Assembly: GCA_963755915.1 (NCBI GenBank)
Contig: CAVWLP010000002.1
Location: 4,832,001 to 4,896,000 of the forward strand
Reading direction: 5' to 3'
Source: an uncultured Phycisphaerales bacterium
GTDB taxonomy: Bacteria; Planctomycetota; Phycisphaerae; Tepidisphaerales; Tepidisphaeraceae
Length of the DNA stretch: 64,000 bases
The notes under the pieces are model-generated. The model saw nothing but the letters and a program-made list of their open reading frames with translations. It searched no databases and was not told the DNA's origin. A program made the translations under genes and the position numbers. Shown here one piece after another: positions 20,181-30,117 of the stretch (position 1 is the first letter of the stretch; each line of letters opens with the position of its first letter).

Positions 20181-21140
20181 CTAATTTCCCCCGCGCGGAA
20201 ACACCCGCCACCGATCCGGCGGCCAGATGATCGCCACGATCCTCCCGCACAACTGATCCCTCGGCGTAGCCCCCGCCTGATGATCCGGAAACGCGGGCCA
20301 GAAGCGCGCATCATCCGAAACCGAACTATTGTCCCCCAGCAGAAAATACTCATCCGGCCCCAGGGTGATCGGTTTGCCCCAGCACCCATTCGCAGCCGCG
20401 AGCGGCTCCGCGTCGATCATCGGCGTGTTCCACGTGTCGACCGGAACATAGGGCCCCACTTCCGCCGGCAATGTCGCCGACTTCCCGTTGATGAGCAACG
20501 CCGGCCCGGTGATCTCTATCGTATCTCCCGGCAGGCCCACAATCCGCTTGCACAAATTCGGATACTTCGCCGCAAGGTCCGGCGGTGGATTCGCGCCAAC
20601 AATGTCCCACCGCCCGTATGGCTCCTGCTTGAAATTCAAAAAGAAATCCCCCGGCGAAATATTCGGCCCCATGCTGTCCGTCGGGCTAAAGCAGATCTCG
20701 ATGAAGTTGTTCTGCAGGTAGGTAACGGTCGCGTAACATTCCCCCAGCCCCATCACTGCCAGAACCGTGCCGACGAGAAACCGGTTGGAAACATCCCCCA
20801 GCATCTCGGCGCTGGAGCGCTCTGCGCACCTTCCCGCGTGGGCCAACTGGCAAAACTGCACCAGCACCCCCAGCGGCAGCGCTACCACGAGCGTGGGAAG
20901 CAGTTGTGGGTCAAAAAGGGTTGCTGCAACAATCCCGGCCAGAATCGTCCAGGTGATAAACCAGAAAAGTCCCCACCGCGGCCTCCCTGCCAGGAGATGC
21001 CCCAACCCCGGCCAAACCATCGCCCCGCTGACCGCCAGAAACGCGCGGCCGCGGCTCTGGCCATCGTCGACAGCGCGCTGGCTGTCGCCATTGAGAATCC
21101 GAAGCTCTTCCAGGGTGTAATTCGCGGTCGATTCGGGCAT
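20181..21140 (-). CDS. lepB: signal peptidase I with N-terminal TM region
   Basis: Catalytic Ser in DSMGPNI, catalytic Lys in CKRIVGLPGD, and YFLLGDNS.VSDDARFW. Confidence 0.85.
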   Translation of the reverse strand: MPESTANYTLEELRILNGDSQRAVDDGQSRGRAFLAVSGAMVWPGLGHLLAGRPRWGLFWFITWTILAGIVAATLFDPQLLPTLVVALPLGVLVQFCQLAHAGRCAERSSAEMLGDVSNRFLVGTVLAVMGLGECYATVTYLQNNFIEICFSPTDSMGPNISPGDFFLNFKQEPYGRWDIVGANPPPDLAAKYPNLCKRIVGLPGDTIEITGPALLINGKSATLPAEVGPYVPVDTWNTPMIDAEPLAAANGCWGKPITLGPDEYFLLGDNSSVSDDARFWPAFPDHQAGATPRDQLCGRIVAIIWPPDRWRVFPRGGN

Positions 21141-21176
21141 GCGCGGTTATCGGCAACGGAGCTGCCGCCGATAGCG

Positions 21177-21872
21177 CTATCGACCGCCCATCACATCGAC
21201 TGAAGTTGCTGCTTCGGCTCCCCTGCCTCTCGCCCCTTTGCCTCTCGCCTGGAGGGCATGCAGCACCGCAGGAATCAGCGATATGAAGACGATCGCCAGA
21301 ACGACAAGCTGGAAATGCGTCCGGACGAATTCGATCTGGTTGAAGTAGTACCCCGCGACCGTCACGCTCACCACCCAAAAAATCCCCCCACTGACGCTGA
21401 AGCCGATAAACCGCGCAAACGGCATCTGCCCGATCCCGGCCACAAACGGTGCAAACGTGCGGATGATGGGCACAAACCGCGCCAGGATGATCGTCTTGCG
21501 TCCATGCTTCTCATAAAACCGGTGTGCTTCCTCCAGATGGCGTTTGTTCAGCAGCCAGGACGACTCGGTACTGAAAACCTCGGCCCGATATCCCGCCCAA
21601 TTGTATAGTTGAGAACATCCCCGCAGTTCGCCGCCAGGCAGAGCAGCACAATAATCAGCGGCAGACTGATCGGAGACCCGCGGCGGCCGCCAGCGCCCCC
21701 ACCGCGAACAGCAGCGAATCCCCCGGCAAAAATGGCCAGACCACCAGCCCGTCTCACAGAACACAATCACGACGAGCAAAACATACACCCCGACCTGGTG
21801 CGCGGTGGCAAACGAGTTCAGGTGCTTGTCGAGATGCAGAAATAGATCGATGGCTTGATGGATAAGTGACAT
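21177..21872 (-). CDS. dedA: DedA/VTT family membrane protein; frameshifts
   Basis: IVFCETG, FYEKHGRKTIILARFVPIIRTFAPFVAG. Confidence 0.9.
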   Translation of the reverse strand: MSLIHQAIDLFLHLDKHLNSFATAHQVGVYVLLVVIVFCETGWWSGHFCRGIRCCSRWGRWRPPRVSDQSAADYCAALPGGELRGCSQLYNWAGYRAEVFSTESSWLLNKRHLEEAHRFYEKHGRKTIILARFVPIIRTFAPFVAGIGQMPFARFIGFSVSGGIFWVVSVTVAGYYFNQIEFVRTHFQLVVLAIVFISLIPAVLHALQARGKGARGRGAEAATSVDVMGGR

Positions 21873-21905
21873 TCATACCCTTGCGGAAAACTCTCTGGCA
21901 ATTTT

Positions 21906-21946
21906 TCCCTCCCCCGGTTTCACGGGGGGAGGTTTGGGGTGGGGCC
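21906..21946 (+). repeat. CCCTCCCCCG...CGGGGGAGG REP family, copy 1
   Basis: Hairpin plus G-rich tail, similar to the copies at 26639, 43166 and 51971. Confidence 0.75.
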
Positions 21947-22325
21947 GTGTACGAACAACCTTCGAAGAACACCAATCCCAGCGACTTGTTTATCGGCGAA
22001 TTGCAGATTTCCCGCAAGATTTGCGTCAAAATTACCCTCGACGATTCGATCGGAGGTGAATCACCAATGAGCTTATCCCCAAACCGCAAAGCCACCGCAT
22101 GGCCATCCGGTGGGTTCATCCGACCCTTCCTCTTCATCGAACGTATAACTTAAGCCGATATACCGGCAACTGGCCACCCCAACGCCTTTCACCAGGCGGG
22201 CCTGCGTTGATATGGGTTCGGCTTGATTATAGGGACTACCCCGCGCTGCTTTTTAATCGCTGCGTCTCGCGGCGATTACGGTGAGGGGTCGGCACTCAAC
22301 CCTGCCGGCCATCTAGGAGATGGAC

Positions 22326-24851
22326 ATGTTTGAACGTTTCACGGATCGGGCCCGCAAGGTCATGGCGCTGGCCAATCAGGAGGCCCAGCGCTTCAACCAC
22401 GAATACATCGGCACCGAGCACATCCTGCTCGGTCTCGTCAAAGAAGGCAGCGGCGTCGGCGCGAACGTCCTTAAGAATCTCGACGTCGACCTCCGCAAGG
22501 TTCGCCTCGAAGTCGAAAAGCTCGTCAAGAGCGGCCCGGACATGGTCACCATGGGCAAATTGCCCCAGACCCCCAGGGCCAAAAAGGTTATCGAATATGC
22601 CATCGAAGAAGCCAGGAACCTGAATCATAATTACGTAGGCACGGAACATCTGTTGCTCGGCCTGCTTCGTGAGCACGACGGCGTAGCGGCCCAGGTCTTA
22701 ATGAATCTGGGTCTGAAGTTGGAAGAAGTTCGGGAAGAGGTTCTCAATCTTTTGGGAGCTGGTGTGGAAAGCGAAGAACCCCAAGCACAGGAAAAACAAG
22801 GACAGAACCGCAAGAGCAAAACTCCGGCGCTGGACAGCTTCGGCCGCGATCTGACCGAACTTGCCCGCGAAGGGCAGCTCGACCCGGTCATCGGCCGAAG
22901 AAAGAAATCGAACGGGTCATCCAGATTCTCTGCCGCCGGCAGAAGAACAACCCCGTTCTGCTCGGCGAAGCGGGCGTCGGCAAGACCGCCATCGTCGAAG
23001 GCCTCGCCCAGATGGTCATCTCCAGCGCCGTCCCCGAACTGCTGCACGACCGCCGGATCGTCGTGCTCGATCTGGCCATGATGGTCGCCGGCACGAAATA
23101 CCGCGGGCAGTTCGAAGAGCGCATCAAGGCGGTCATGAACGAAGTCCGCCGGGCCAAGAACGTCATCCTCTTCATCGACGAGATTGCACACGCTCGTCGG
23201 TGCCGGCGGCGCTGAAGGCGCCATCGACGCCAGCAACGTGCTCAAGCCCGCACTTTCCCGCGGCGAGATTCAGTGCATCGGCGCAACCACCTTCGATGAA
23301 TACCGCAAATACATCGAAAAAGACGCCGCCCTGGCCCGGCGATTCCAGCCGATCACGGTCGATCCGCCCAGCACCGACCGACACCGTCGAAATTCTCAAG
23401 GGCCTGCGCGACCGTTACGAAGCCCACCACCGCGTCCAGATTCTCGATTCGGCCCTGGCGGCCGCCGTCGAGCTTTCCGACCGTTACATCACCGGCCGCT
23501 GCCTGCCCGACAAGGCCATCGACGTCCTCGACGAAGCCGGCGCTCGCATTCGTCTGCGCAGCATGACCAAGCCGCCGAATCTCGCCGAGATCGAAGAGCA
23601 GATCGAGCGGCTGAGCATTCAGAAGGACGAAGCCGTCCGCAACGCGGAATACGAAGAAGCCGCCAAGCTTCGCGACACCGCCGAAGGCCTCCGCGCCAAG
23701 AAAGAAGAAATGCAGCGGCAGTGGCGCGAAGCGCCAAGGAAGTGGACGGCGTCGTCGATGAAGAAGTCATCGCCGAGGTCGTCAGCAAGATGACCGGCGT
23801 TCCGCTCACCCGCCTGGAAAAAGAAGAAGCCCAGCGGCTGCTCGAGCTGGAAAACGAACTCCACAAGCGCGTGGTCTCCCAGGACGAAGCGATCAAGGCG
23901 ATCAGCAAAACGATTCGCCGCGCCCGCTCCGGCCTGAAAGACCCGCATCGCCCCATGGGCTCGTTCCTGTTCCTCGGCCCCTCCGGCGTCGGCAAGACGC
24001 TGCTCTCCAAGGCCCTCGCCGAATTCATGTTCGGCGACGAAGATGCGCTCGTGCAGATCGACATGAGCGAGTACATGGAGAAGCACAACGTCAGCCGACT
24101 CATCGGCGCGCCTCCGGGCTACGTCGGCTACGAAGAAGGCGGCCAGCTCACCGAGCGAATCCGCCGCCGGCCTTACAGCGTCGTCCTCCTCGACGAAGTC
24201 GAAAAGGCCCACCCCGACGTGTTCAACATGCTCCTGCAGATCATGGAAGAAGGCCGGCTCACCGACAGCTTTGGCCGGCACGTCGATTTCCGCAACGTGG
24301 TCCTGATCATGACCAGCAACATCGGCGCGGAACTGATCAAAGACGGCGGCCCGCAGTTCGGCCTCCAGCCCAGCCGCAAGGGCGAAAAGGAAGAGCGCAC
24401 GTATCAGACGATCAAGACGACCTTGACCAAGGAAATCGAGCGCTACTTCCGCCCCGAATTCATCGGCCGCCTCGACGATGTCATCGTCTTCCGCCCGCTG
24501 AGCCGGGTCAATCTGGAAACCATCGTGGAGTTCGAGCTGAACAAGGTTACCAAGCGCCTCACCGAGCACGGCGTTAAGATCGAGATGACGCACGAAGCGA
24601 AGGATTTCCTGATCGACAAGGGAACCAGCAGCGACTTCGGCGCTCGACCCCTCCGCCGTGCGATCGAGCAGCACGTGGAAGACCCCCTCAGCGAGGAGAT
24701 CCTCCGCGGCAGCTTTAAAGGCAAGGACCTGGTTCGCATCAGCGTCAAGGCCGAAGAAGTCGGCGAGAAGCACCTCTACTTCGAGGCGTTCAACACGAAC
24801 GAGGAAAAAGGCGAGAAGCCCCTGGCCGAAGCCTCTTCCGATGCGACTTGA
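22326..24851 (+). CDS. clpC: ATP-dependent Clp protease ATP-binding subunit ClpC; frameshifts
   Basis: [16 protein letters not shown], two Clp-N repeats, GEAGVGKT and GPSGVGKT Walker A motifs, UVR-like coil, [24 protein letters not shown]. Confidence 0.96.
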
Positions 24852-24915
24852 CCTCCGTCAAAGTTGCGCGGTCTAACCGGCCGTGCGGTGTCAGGAAATC
24901 TCAGAAACCCCAGCC

Positions 24916-24954
24916 AAACCGGCGGGCCGAGCTTCGGCCCGCCGTTTGCATTTT
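24916..24954 (+). terminator. intrinsic terminator after clpC
   Basis: CGGCGGGCCGA-GCT-TCGGCCCGCCG stem followed by TTTGCATTTT. Confidence 0.75.
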
Positions 24955-25037
24955 GCATCTCCGTATAAAGTCAGTCGTGCATCCAGGACGCTGCTGTAGC
25001 GCCTCACCGCTGACCCCGCTGTTTTCGAGGTGCAATC

Positions 25038-25202
25038 ATGGGATTAGTACTCTTAATTATCGTTCTGGTCCTCCTCCTCGGCGCGGTCCCGGCGTGGCCC
25101 TACAGCCGCGAGTGGGGTTACGGCCCCTCCGGTGGTATCAGTGCCCTTCTCCTGGTCCTCGTCATCCTCATGCTCTTCCACGTAGTCAACTGGGGATGGT
25201 AA
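25038..25202 (+). CDS. DUF3309 family small membrane protein (54 aa, below ORF-track cutoff)
   Basis: Hand translation MGLVLLIIVLVLLLGAVPAWPYSREWGYGPSGGISALLLVLVILMLFHVVNWGW, with GAGGT RBS. Confidence 0.88.
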   Translation: MGLVLLIIVLVLLLGAVPAWPYSREWGYGPSGGISALLLVLVILMLFHVVNWGW

Positions 25203-25206
25203 TGCG

Positions 25207-25282
25207 CGTGTAGCCCGCGAGCTTGCTCGCCGTGAGCCTATGAACGGCTCGCCGTGAGCCCGTCGAACGGCCCGCCAAGTCC
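25207..25282 (+). repeat. GTAG-type REP, copy 2, with internal duplication
   Basis: 31-bp identity with 12813-12843. The GCCGTGAGCC..GAACGGC unit is present twice. Confidence 0.8.
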
Positions 25283-25335
25283 CGCCGCCGCAAGGCGGCT
25301 TTTTTCTGCGCCGATGCTAAACTGCCCCCGCAGAA

Positions 25336-26757
25336 ATGACCCACCCCCTCGGCGAACTCAAGCACGACGCCCCCGTCGCCCCCCCAGCATCGCGCCAACC
25401 CCTCCTCACCCCCGCGCGCGTTTTCCTCATCTTGGCCTGGATCTTCGGCTCCCTCTTCGCCATCGTCACACCCCCCTTCCAGGTCCCTGATGAATTCCAG
25501 CAGTTCTACCGCGCCTACCAGGTCTCGCAGGGCCGCCTGACGGCCTTCCGTCACGGAAATGAAATCGGCGGCTTCCTTCCCACAAGCCTCAAACTCTTCT
25601 CCGACAAAGTCTGGGGCCCAGACAAATTCTCCCCCGACGCCAAGGCCGACCCTCACCGCATTTGGTCCACCCGAACCATCCCTCTGAATCCCGGCGACAC
25701 CCGCTTCTACTCCTTCGGCAATGTCTCCTGGCACTCTCCCATGAACTATTTCGCTCAGGGCGCCGCCATCGCACTCGCTCGCCATTTAGGTCTCGGCGCG
25801 ATGGCAATCTTCTACGCCGGCCGCTTGGGAAATCTCTTCGTCTGGAGCTTGCTGGTCTACGCCGCCATTCGCTTGATCCCGATCTTGAATTGGACGGCAG
25901 TCCTGCTCGCCCTGACCCCGATGTCACTCGCACAGGCTGCATCGCTTTCCGCCGATGCCACCGTGAACGGCGTTTGCTTTCTCTTCGCCGCCGCCGTCAT
26001 GCGCCTGGCGTCAACCGACTCCCGGATCACTCCTTTCCCGCTCATCTCCCTCATCCTCCTCGGCGCCGCGGTCTCCCTCGCCAAAACCGCCTATCTCCCC
26101 CTGACGATTTTGTTCCTCCTGATCCCGCCTCAGCGCTTTTCGAGCAAGCCCCGATACTGGGCAACTTTTGCCATCTTCCTCCTCATCTGCCTGGGCGCGA
26201 CGATCACCTGGTCCCTCTGCACGTTCGGCGCAAACACCTACAGCATGCCCGGCGTCAATCCCCACGACCAGGCCCTCTTTATGCTTCATCACCCTCTCCA
26301 GATGGCCCACATGGAAATCGGCATGCTTGTGGCCGTCCCCTTCATCGCCTCCATCATCGGCCAGCTCGGCTGGCACGCCATCCGCCTTTGGCTCCCATGC
26401 GCCATCGCCTACTGGGCTGTTCTCTTCTGGTCCACGCGCCTCCCTCCGCGCGACTTCCGCATGAAAGCCCGGCAGCGAACGGTTCTCGCACTGGCCGTCG
26501 TCGGCTGCTGGATCGCCGTCTTTTCCCTCATCTATCTCACGTTTACAGCCGTGGGCGGCATGAGCATCAACGGCCTGCAGGGCCGGTACATGATCCCCGT
26601 CACACTCCCTTTCCTGCTCCTCTTTTATCCTGGTTTTTCCCCCGCCCCCGGTACTCCGGGGGAGGCCAGGGGAGGGGGCCGAATTGTAATACCCATCTTT
26701 ATTGCCGCATTCTCCCTCTACACCCTCGCGGTGCTTGTACACGCTTTCTACATCTGA
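25336..26757 (+). CDS. DUF2142-like polytopic membrane protein (putative GT-C glycosyltransferase)
   Basis: TPPFQVPDE..QFYRAY, TPMSL.QAASLSAD, K.AYLP and GLQGRY.IP motifs, many TM helices. Confidence 0.8.
   Translation: MTHPLGELKHDAPVAPPASRQPLLTPARVFLILAWIFGSLFAIVTPPFQVPDEFQQFYRAYQVSQGRLTAFRHGNEIGGFLPTSLKLFSDKVWGPDKFSPDAKADPHRIWSTRTIPLNPGDTRFYSFGNVSWHSPMNYFAQGAAIALARHLGLGAMAIFYAGRLGNLFVWSLLVYAAIRLIPILNWTAVLLALTPMSLAQAASLSADATVNGVCFLFAAAVMRLASTDSRITPFPLISLILLGAAVSLAKTAYLPLTILFLLIPPQRFSSKPRYWATFAIFLLICLGATITWSLCTFGANTYSMPGVNPHDQALFMLHHPLQMAHMEIGMLVAVPFIASIIGQLGWHAIRLWLPCAIAYWAVLFWSTRLPPRDFRMKARQRTVLALAVVGCWIAVFSLIYLTFTAVGGMSINGLQGRYMIPVTLPFLLLFYPGFSPAPGTPGEARGGGRIVIPIFIAAFSLYTLAVLVHAFYI
26639..26680 (+). 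repeat. REP copy 2, in frame inside CDS
   Basis: CCCGCCCCCGGTACTCCGGGGGAGGCCAGGGGAGGGGG encodes PAPGTPGEARGG. Confidence 0.8.
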
Positions 26758-26773
26758 TATTTCAGCATAAAAG

Positions 26774-28228
26774 ATGCACGACACCCTCGCATCCGTCGCC
26801 GATCCCGCCGCGCTTCACCACCGCCAAAGCCGGATCGACCATTGGGATGCGCTCGCGAAATCCTGCGATCCCCGCAAGGGCCTAGGCGGCTGCTACCGCC
26901 GCCGGCTCACCCAGGTCTATAGCTACCTTGTCGCCCCGGGGCTGAAGATCGCCGAGCTTGGCTGCTCTCAGGGCGATCTTCTCGCCGCCCTGAAACCGTC
27001 GGTTGGCTGCGGCGTGGATTTCTCTCCGGAAATGCTCTCCCGCGCCCGCTCGCGCTATCCCGATCTTCACTTCATCCAGGCGGACGTTCACGACTGCGTC
27101 CTCGACCAGTCTTTCGACGTCATCATCCTCTCCGATCTCATCAACGATCTCTGGAACGTCCAGACCGCCTTGCAGCAGGTTCGCCGGATGTGCCACCCGC
27201 GCACGCGCGTCATCCTTAATTTCTACAGCCGGCTGTGGGAACTGCCGCTCAGCGTCGCTCAGAAAATGCGGCTGGCTAATCCGACGCTTCAGCAGAATTG
27301 GCTCGACGTGCGCGACGTAAACAATCTGCTCTATCTTGCCGGCTTTGAGATGATGCGCTCGTGGAACGAAGTTCTCTGGCCGGTGCCTACGCCGCTGGTT
27401 GAGCCGCTGCTCAATCGATACGTTGTGAAACTACCGCTGCTGCATCAGCTTGGGCTGACGAATTTTGCGGTGGCGCGACCGCTGCCGGAAGAGCGGGAGC
27501 GATCCGCTGCGCCGCGGATTTCTGTTATCGTGCCGGCGCGCAACGAAGCGGGGAACATGGAGCAGATGATCGAGCGAATTCCGGAAATGGGGGGCGGGAC
27601 GGAAATTATTTTCGTCGAGGGGCACTCGACCGATAACACCTGGTCGGCGATCGAACAGGCGATCGCGCGGCATCCGGATCGGCCTTGCAAGCTGCTGAAG
27701 CAAACCGGCAAGGGAAAAGGGGACGCCGTGCGGTGCGGGTTTGCGGCTGCTACGGGAGATATTCTTACGATTCTGGATGCGGACCTTACCGTGCCTCCGG
27801 AGGATCTGCCGGCGTTTTTTGATGTGCTTTCCACGGGCAAGGCCGATTTCGCCAATGGCGTGCGGCTGGTTTATCCGCTGGAGGAAAAGGCCATGCGAAT
27901 GGCCAACCTGATCGGCAACAAATTTTTCGGGCGGGCATTCTCCTGGCTGATTGGACAGCGGGTGAAGGACACGCTGTGCGGCACCAAGACACTTTGGAAA
28001 AAGGATTACGAACTGATCGCCGCGAACCGGGCATATTTCGGGGATTTTGATCCGTTTGGCGACTTTGATCTGCTTTTCGGGGCGGCGCAAATGAGCCTTA
28101 AGATCGTCGATGTCCCGGTGCGATACCGGCAACGAACGTATGGCACCACCAACATTCAGCGGTGGAAACACGGGCTGCTGCTGCTGCGCATGGTGATGTT
28201 TGCGGCCAGACGAATGAAGTTTATTTGA
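26774..28228 (+). CDS. class I SAM-methyltransferase / GT2 glycosyltransferase fusion
   Basis: N-terminal ELGCSQGDLL..GVDFS. C-terminal ISVIVPARNE, ILDADLTVPPEDL, DTLCGTK, DFDPFGDFDLLFGA. Confidence 0.9.
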   Translation: MHDTLASVADPAALHHRQSRIDHWDALAKSCDPRKGLGGCYRRRLTQVYSYLVAPGLKIAELGCSQGDLLAALKPSVGCGVDFSPEMLSRARSRYPDLHFIQADVHDCVLDQSFDVIILSDLINDLWNVQTALQQVRRMCHPRTRVILNFYSRLWELPLSVAQKMRLANPTLQQNWLDVRDVNNLLYLAGFEMMRSWNEVLWPVPTPLVEPLLNRYVVKLPLLHQLGLTNFAVARPLPEERERSAAPRISVIVPARNEAGNMEQMIERIPEMGGGTEIIFVEGHSTDNTWSAIEQAIARHPDRPCKLLKQTGKGKGDAVRCGFAAATGDILTILDADLTVPPEDLPAFFDVLSTGKADFANGVRLVYPLEEKAMRMANLIGNKFFGRAFSWLIGQRVKDTLCGTKTLWKKDYELIAANRAYFGDFDPFGDFDLLFGAAQMSLKIVDVPVRYRQRTYGTTNIQRWKHGLLLLRMVMFAARRMKFI

Positions 28229-28235
28229 GATTACG

Positions 28236-28904
28236 ATGACCACTCAAACTCAATCCGCAAAGCCGAAACTGAAGCTGCTCCGCCGGGACGAATATGTCGG
28301 CGTGAACGAACTGGATCCGATCCGGTTTTATCACTGGCCGATCTTCGGGGCGATGTATCGCAAGCGGGTGGAGCTGTGCCTCGGCGAATGCCGGGGCGGG
28401 GAGCGGATTTTGGAGATTGGGTTTGGGACGGGGCTGACGTTCATGAACCTGCACGAGATGTACAAGGAGATTCACGGGCTGGACCTGACGGCCGACACCA
28501 AAGCGGTGCATGACGCGTTCGCCGCGCGGGGGGTGGAAACGGATCTTCGAAAAGGGAACGTGCTGGAGATGCCGTACGAAGATGGCTATTTCGACACGGT
28601 GCTGCTGATCAGCATTCTCGAGCACCTCAAGCCCGAGGAGCAGCCGAAAGCGTTCGCCGAAATCTCCCGGGTGCTGAAACCGGGCGGGCAAGTGGTCTAC
28701 GGCGTGCCGATTGAACGGCCGCTGATGGTGTTCATGTTCAAAATGCTTGGGTGCGATATCCGCAAGGAGCATTTCTCAACGGAAATCGACGTCGCCGGCG
28801 CGGCGGAGAAGATTCTGCATAAAGAAAAGATCCAGCAAATGCACAGCCGGCCGGGGGTGTTTGGGCCGGTGTATGAGGTGGGGCATTTTTCGAAGAGCGG
28901 GTAA
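28236..28904 (+). CDS. class I SAM-dependent methyltransferase
   Basis: ILEIGFGTG, FDTV..ISILEHL, RVLKPGG. Confidence 0.9.
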   Translation: MTTQTQSAKPKLKLLRRDEYVGVNELDPIRFYHWPIFGAMYRKRVELCLGECRGGERILEIGFGTGLTFMNLHEMYKEIHGLDLTADTKAVHDAFAARGVETDLRKGNVLEMPYEDGYFDTVLLISILEHLKPEEQPKAFAEISRVLKPGGQVVYGVPIERPLMVFMFKMLGCDIRKEHFSTEIDVAGAAEKILHKEKIQQMHSRPGVFGPVYEVGHFSKSG

Positions 28905-28996
28905 AGGTTTTTCCCGGGCGCGAAGATTTCTGCTTCTTGCCACTGCATTACAAAACTTTACAGTCCGCAACAAGCTGGGCAATTTGGGCAAGATCG

Positions 28997-29695
28997 CTAA
29001 TCCATTCCGACTTTCCCCGGCGACCAGTAGGGCCTGATTTTTAAGCGGGATGGGTCGATCCCAATATTGCGCGCGGATGTTCGCAGCCGCCGAATCGATT
29101 GCGCCTTTCCCGTAAGAATTAAATCAATTGGAGTTATTCGCTCGACGGCTTGGCTCAGTGCGGCTTCGCATTTTGGGAAGTGTGCGTCGTCCGCCTCTCG
29201 CTGGATGGTGATCGCGTCGTTGATGTGCAGGGCGTCGAGGACCTGACGGCTTTCGGAGACGGAAGAAAACTCGAAGAGGAAGCGAATGCTCGCCGCGGAC
29301 TTTGGCACTGCGTGCAGGGCGGCGAGGGCGATGGATGTTTCATCGCCGAAGAATATCGCGGGGAGGCGAAGATGGGCGAGGTCCAGGGACTGCTTTGGGC
29401 CGATGAACTGGCAGCGATCGCCGGGATTGATGGAGCGGGCCCAGTTGGTGCCGGGGGCGGTGCGGTGGAGATAGACGAGGATTGATACGGCGCCTTTTGC
29501 GTTGTCCCACGCGAAGGGTGTGTAGGTTCGGGCGGAGAATCGATCGACCCGGATCATGATTTTTTGGCCCGGGGCGAATTGGGCTGATCGCAGGGATTCG
29601 GCTTCCAGTTCGATGAGGCGGAAATTTGGGGTGATCTCGGTGAGGCCACGAATGCGGCCTGCATTTCCGATGATATTGAAGAATAGGCCTTTCAA
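28997..29695 (-). CDS. siderophore-interacting protein-like FAD-binding oxidoreductase
   Basis: PGQK, RTYTP, PGTNWA..GD, FGDETS, C-terminal YWSPGKVGMD. Confidence 0.82.
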   Translation of the reverse strand: MKGLFFNIIGNAGRIRGLTEITPNFRLIELEAESLRSAQFAPGQKIMIRVDRFSARTYTPFAWDNAKGAVSILVYLHRTAPGTNWARSINPGDRCQFIGPKQSLDLAHLRLPAIFFGDETSIALAALHAVPKSAASIRFLFEFSSVSESRQVLDALHINDAITIQREADDAHFPKCEAALSQAVERITPIDLILTGKAQSIRRLRTSARNIGIDPSRLKIRPYWSPGKVGMD

Positions 29696-29707
29696 CCGAC
29701 AATGCCT

Positions 29708-30034
29708 TTACGTCTCATTCTGGTATGCCTGAAGGATGGCCGTGATCATCGGGCCGAAGCGCTTCTGAAGTTCGGGGCAGCGGGAATGGTTTTGCAGTTC
29801 CACGCCCTTGCGCTCGCTGCGGATCAGGCCGGCTTCGCGGAGAATCTTGAAGTGCTGGGAAAGCGTCGACTTGGGGACGGGTGTTTTGTTGATGTTCAGG
29901 AATGTTGAGCAATTCTTTGCGCAATCGGCTTTCAGCAGTTGGGCGAAAATGCGCACGCGCACCGGGTCGGACAGGGCGTAGAGGATCCCCTGGACGGTAA
30001 TTTCCTTCAAAGGCGGGTGATAGAGCGGCCGCAT
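29708..30034 (-). CDS. ArsR/SmtB family transcriptional regulator
   Basis: LYALSDPVRVRI, PKSTLSQHFKILREAGLI. Confidence 0.9.
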   Translation of the reverse strand: MRPLYHPPLKEITVQGILYALSDPVRVRIFAQLLKADCAKNCSTFLNINKTPVPKSTLSQHFKILREAGLIRSERKGVELQNHSRCPELQKRFGPMITAILQAYQNET

Positions 30035-30053
30035 AAAAAAATTGTAGCATCGC

Positions 30054-30097
30054 TTGACCCCTACAGTCCATTAGTTCTAGAGTACGGAACCATTGGA
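30054..30097 (+). promoter_or_regulatory. putative promoter with overlapping imperfect palindrome (candidate ArsR operator)
   Basis: TTGACC-18-TAGAGT overlapped by TCCATTAGTTC..GAACCATTGGA in the divergent intergenic region. Confidence 0.5.
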
Positions 30098-30117
30098 TTA
30101 TAGAAAGGAGCCACAAC

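Noticed and set aside
22280-22320. CIRCE/CtsR operator upstream of clpC
   Set aside because: Only a GGCACTC half-site, with no matching inverted half at 9-bp spacing.
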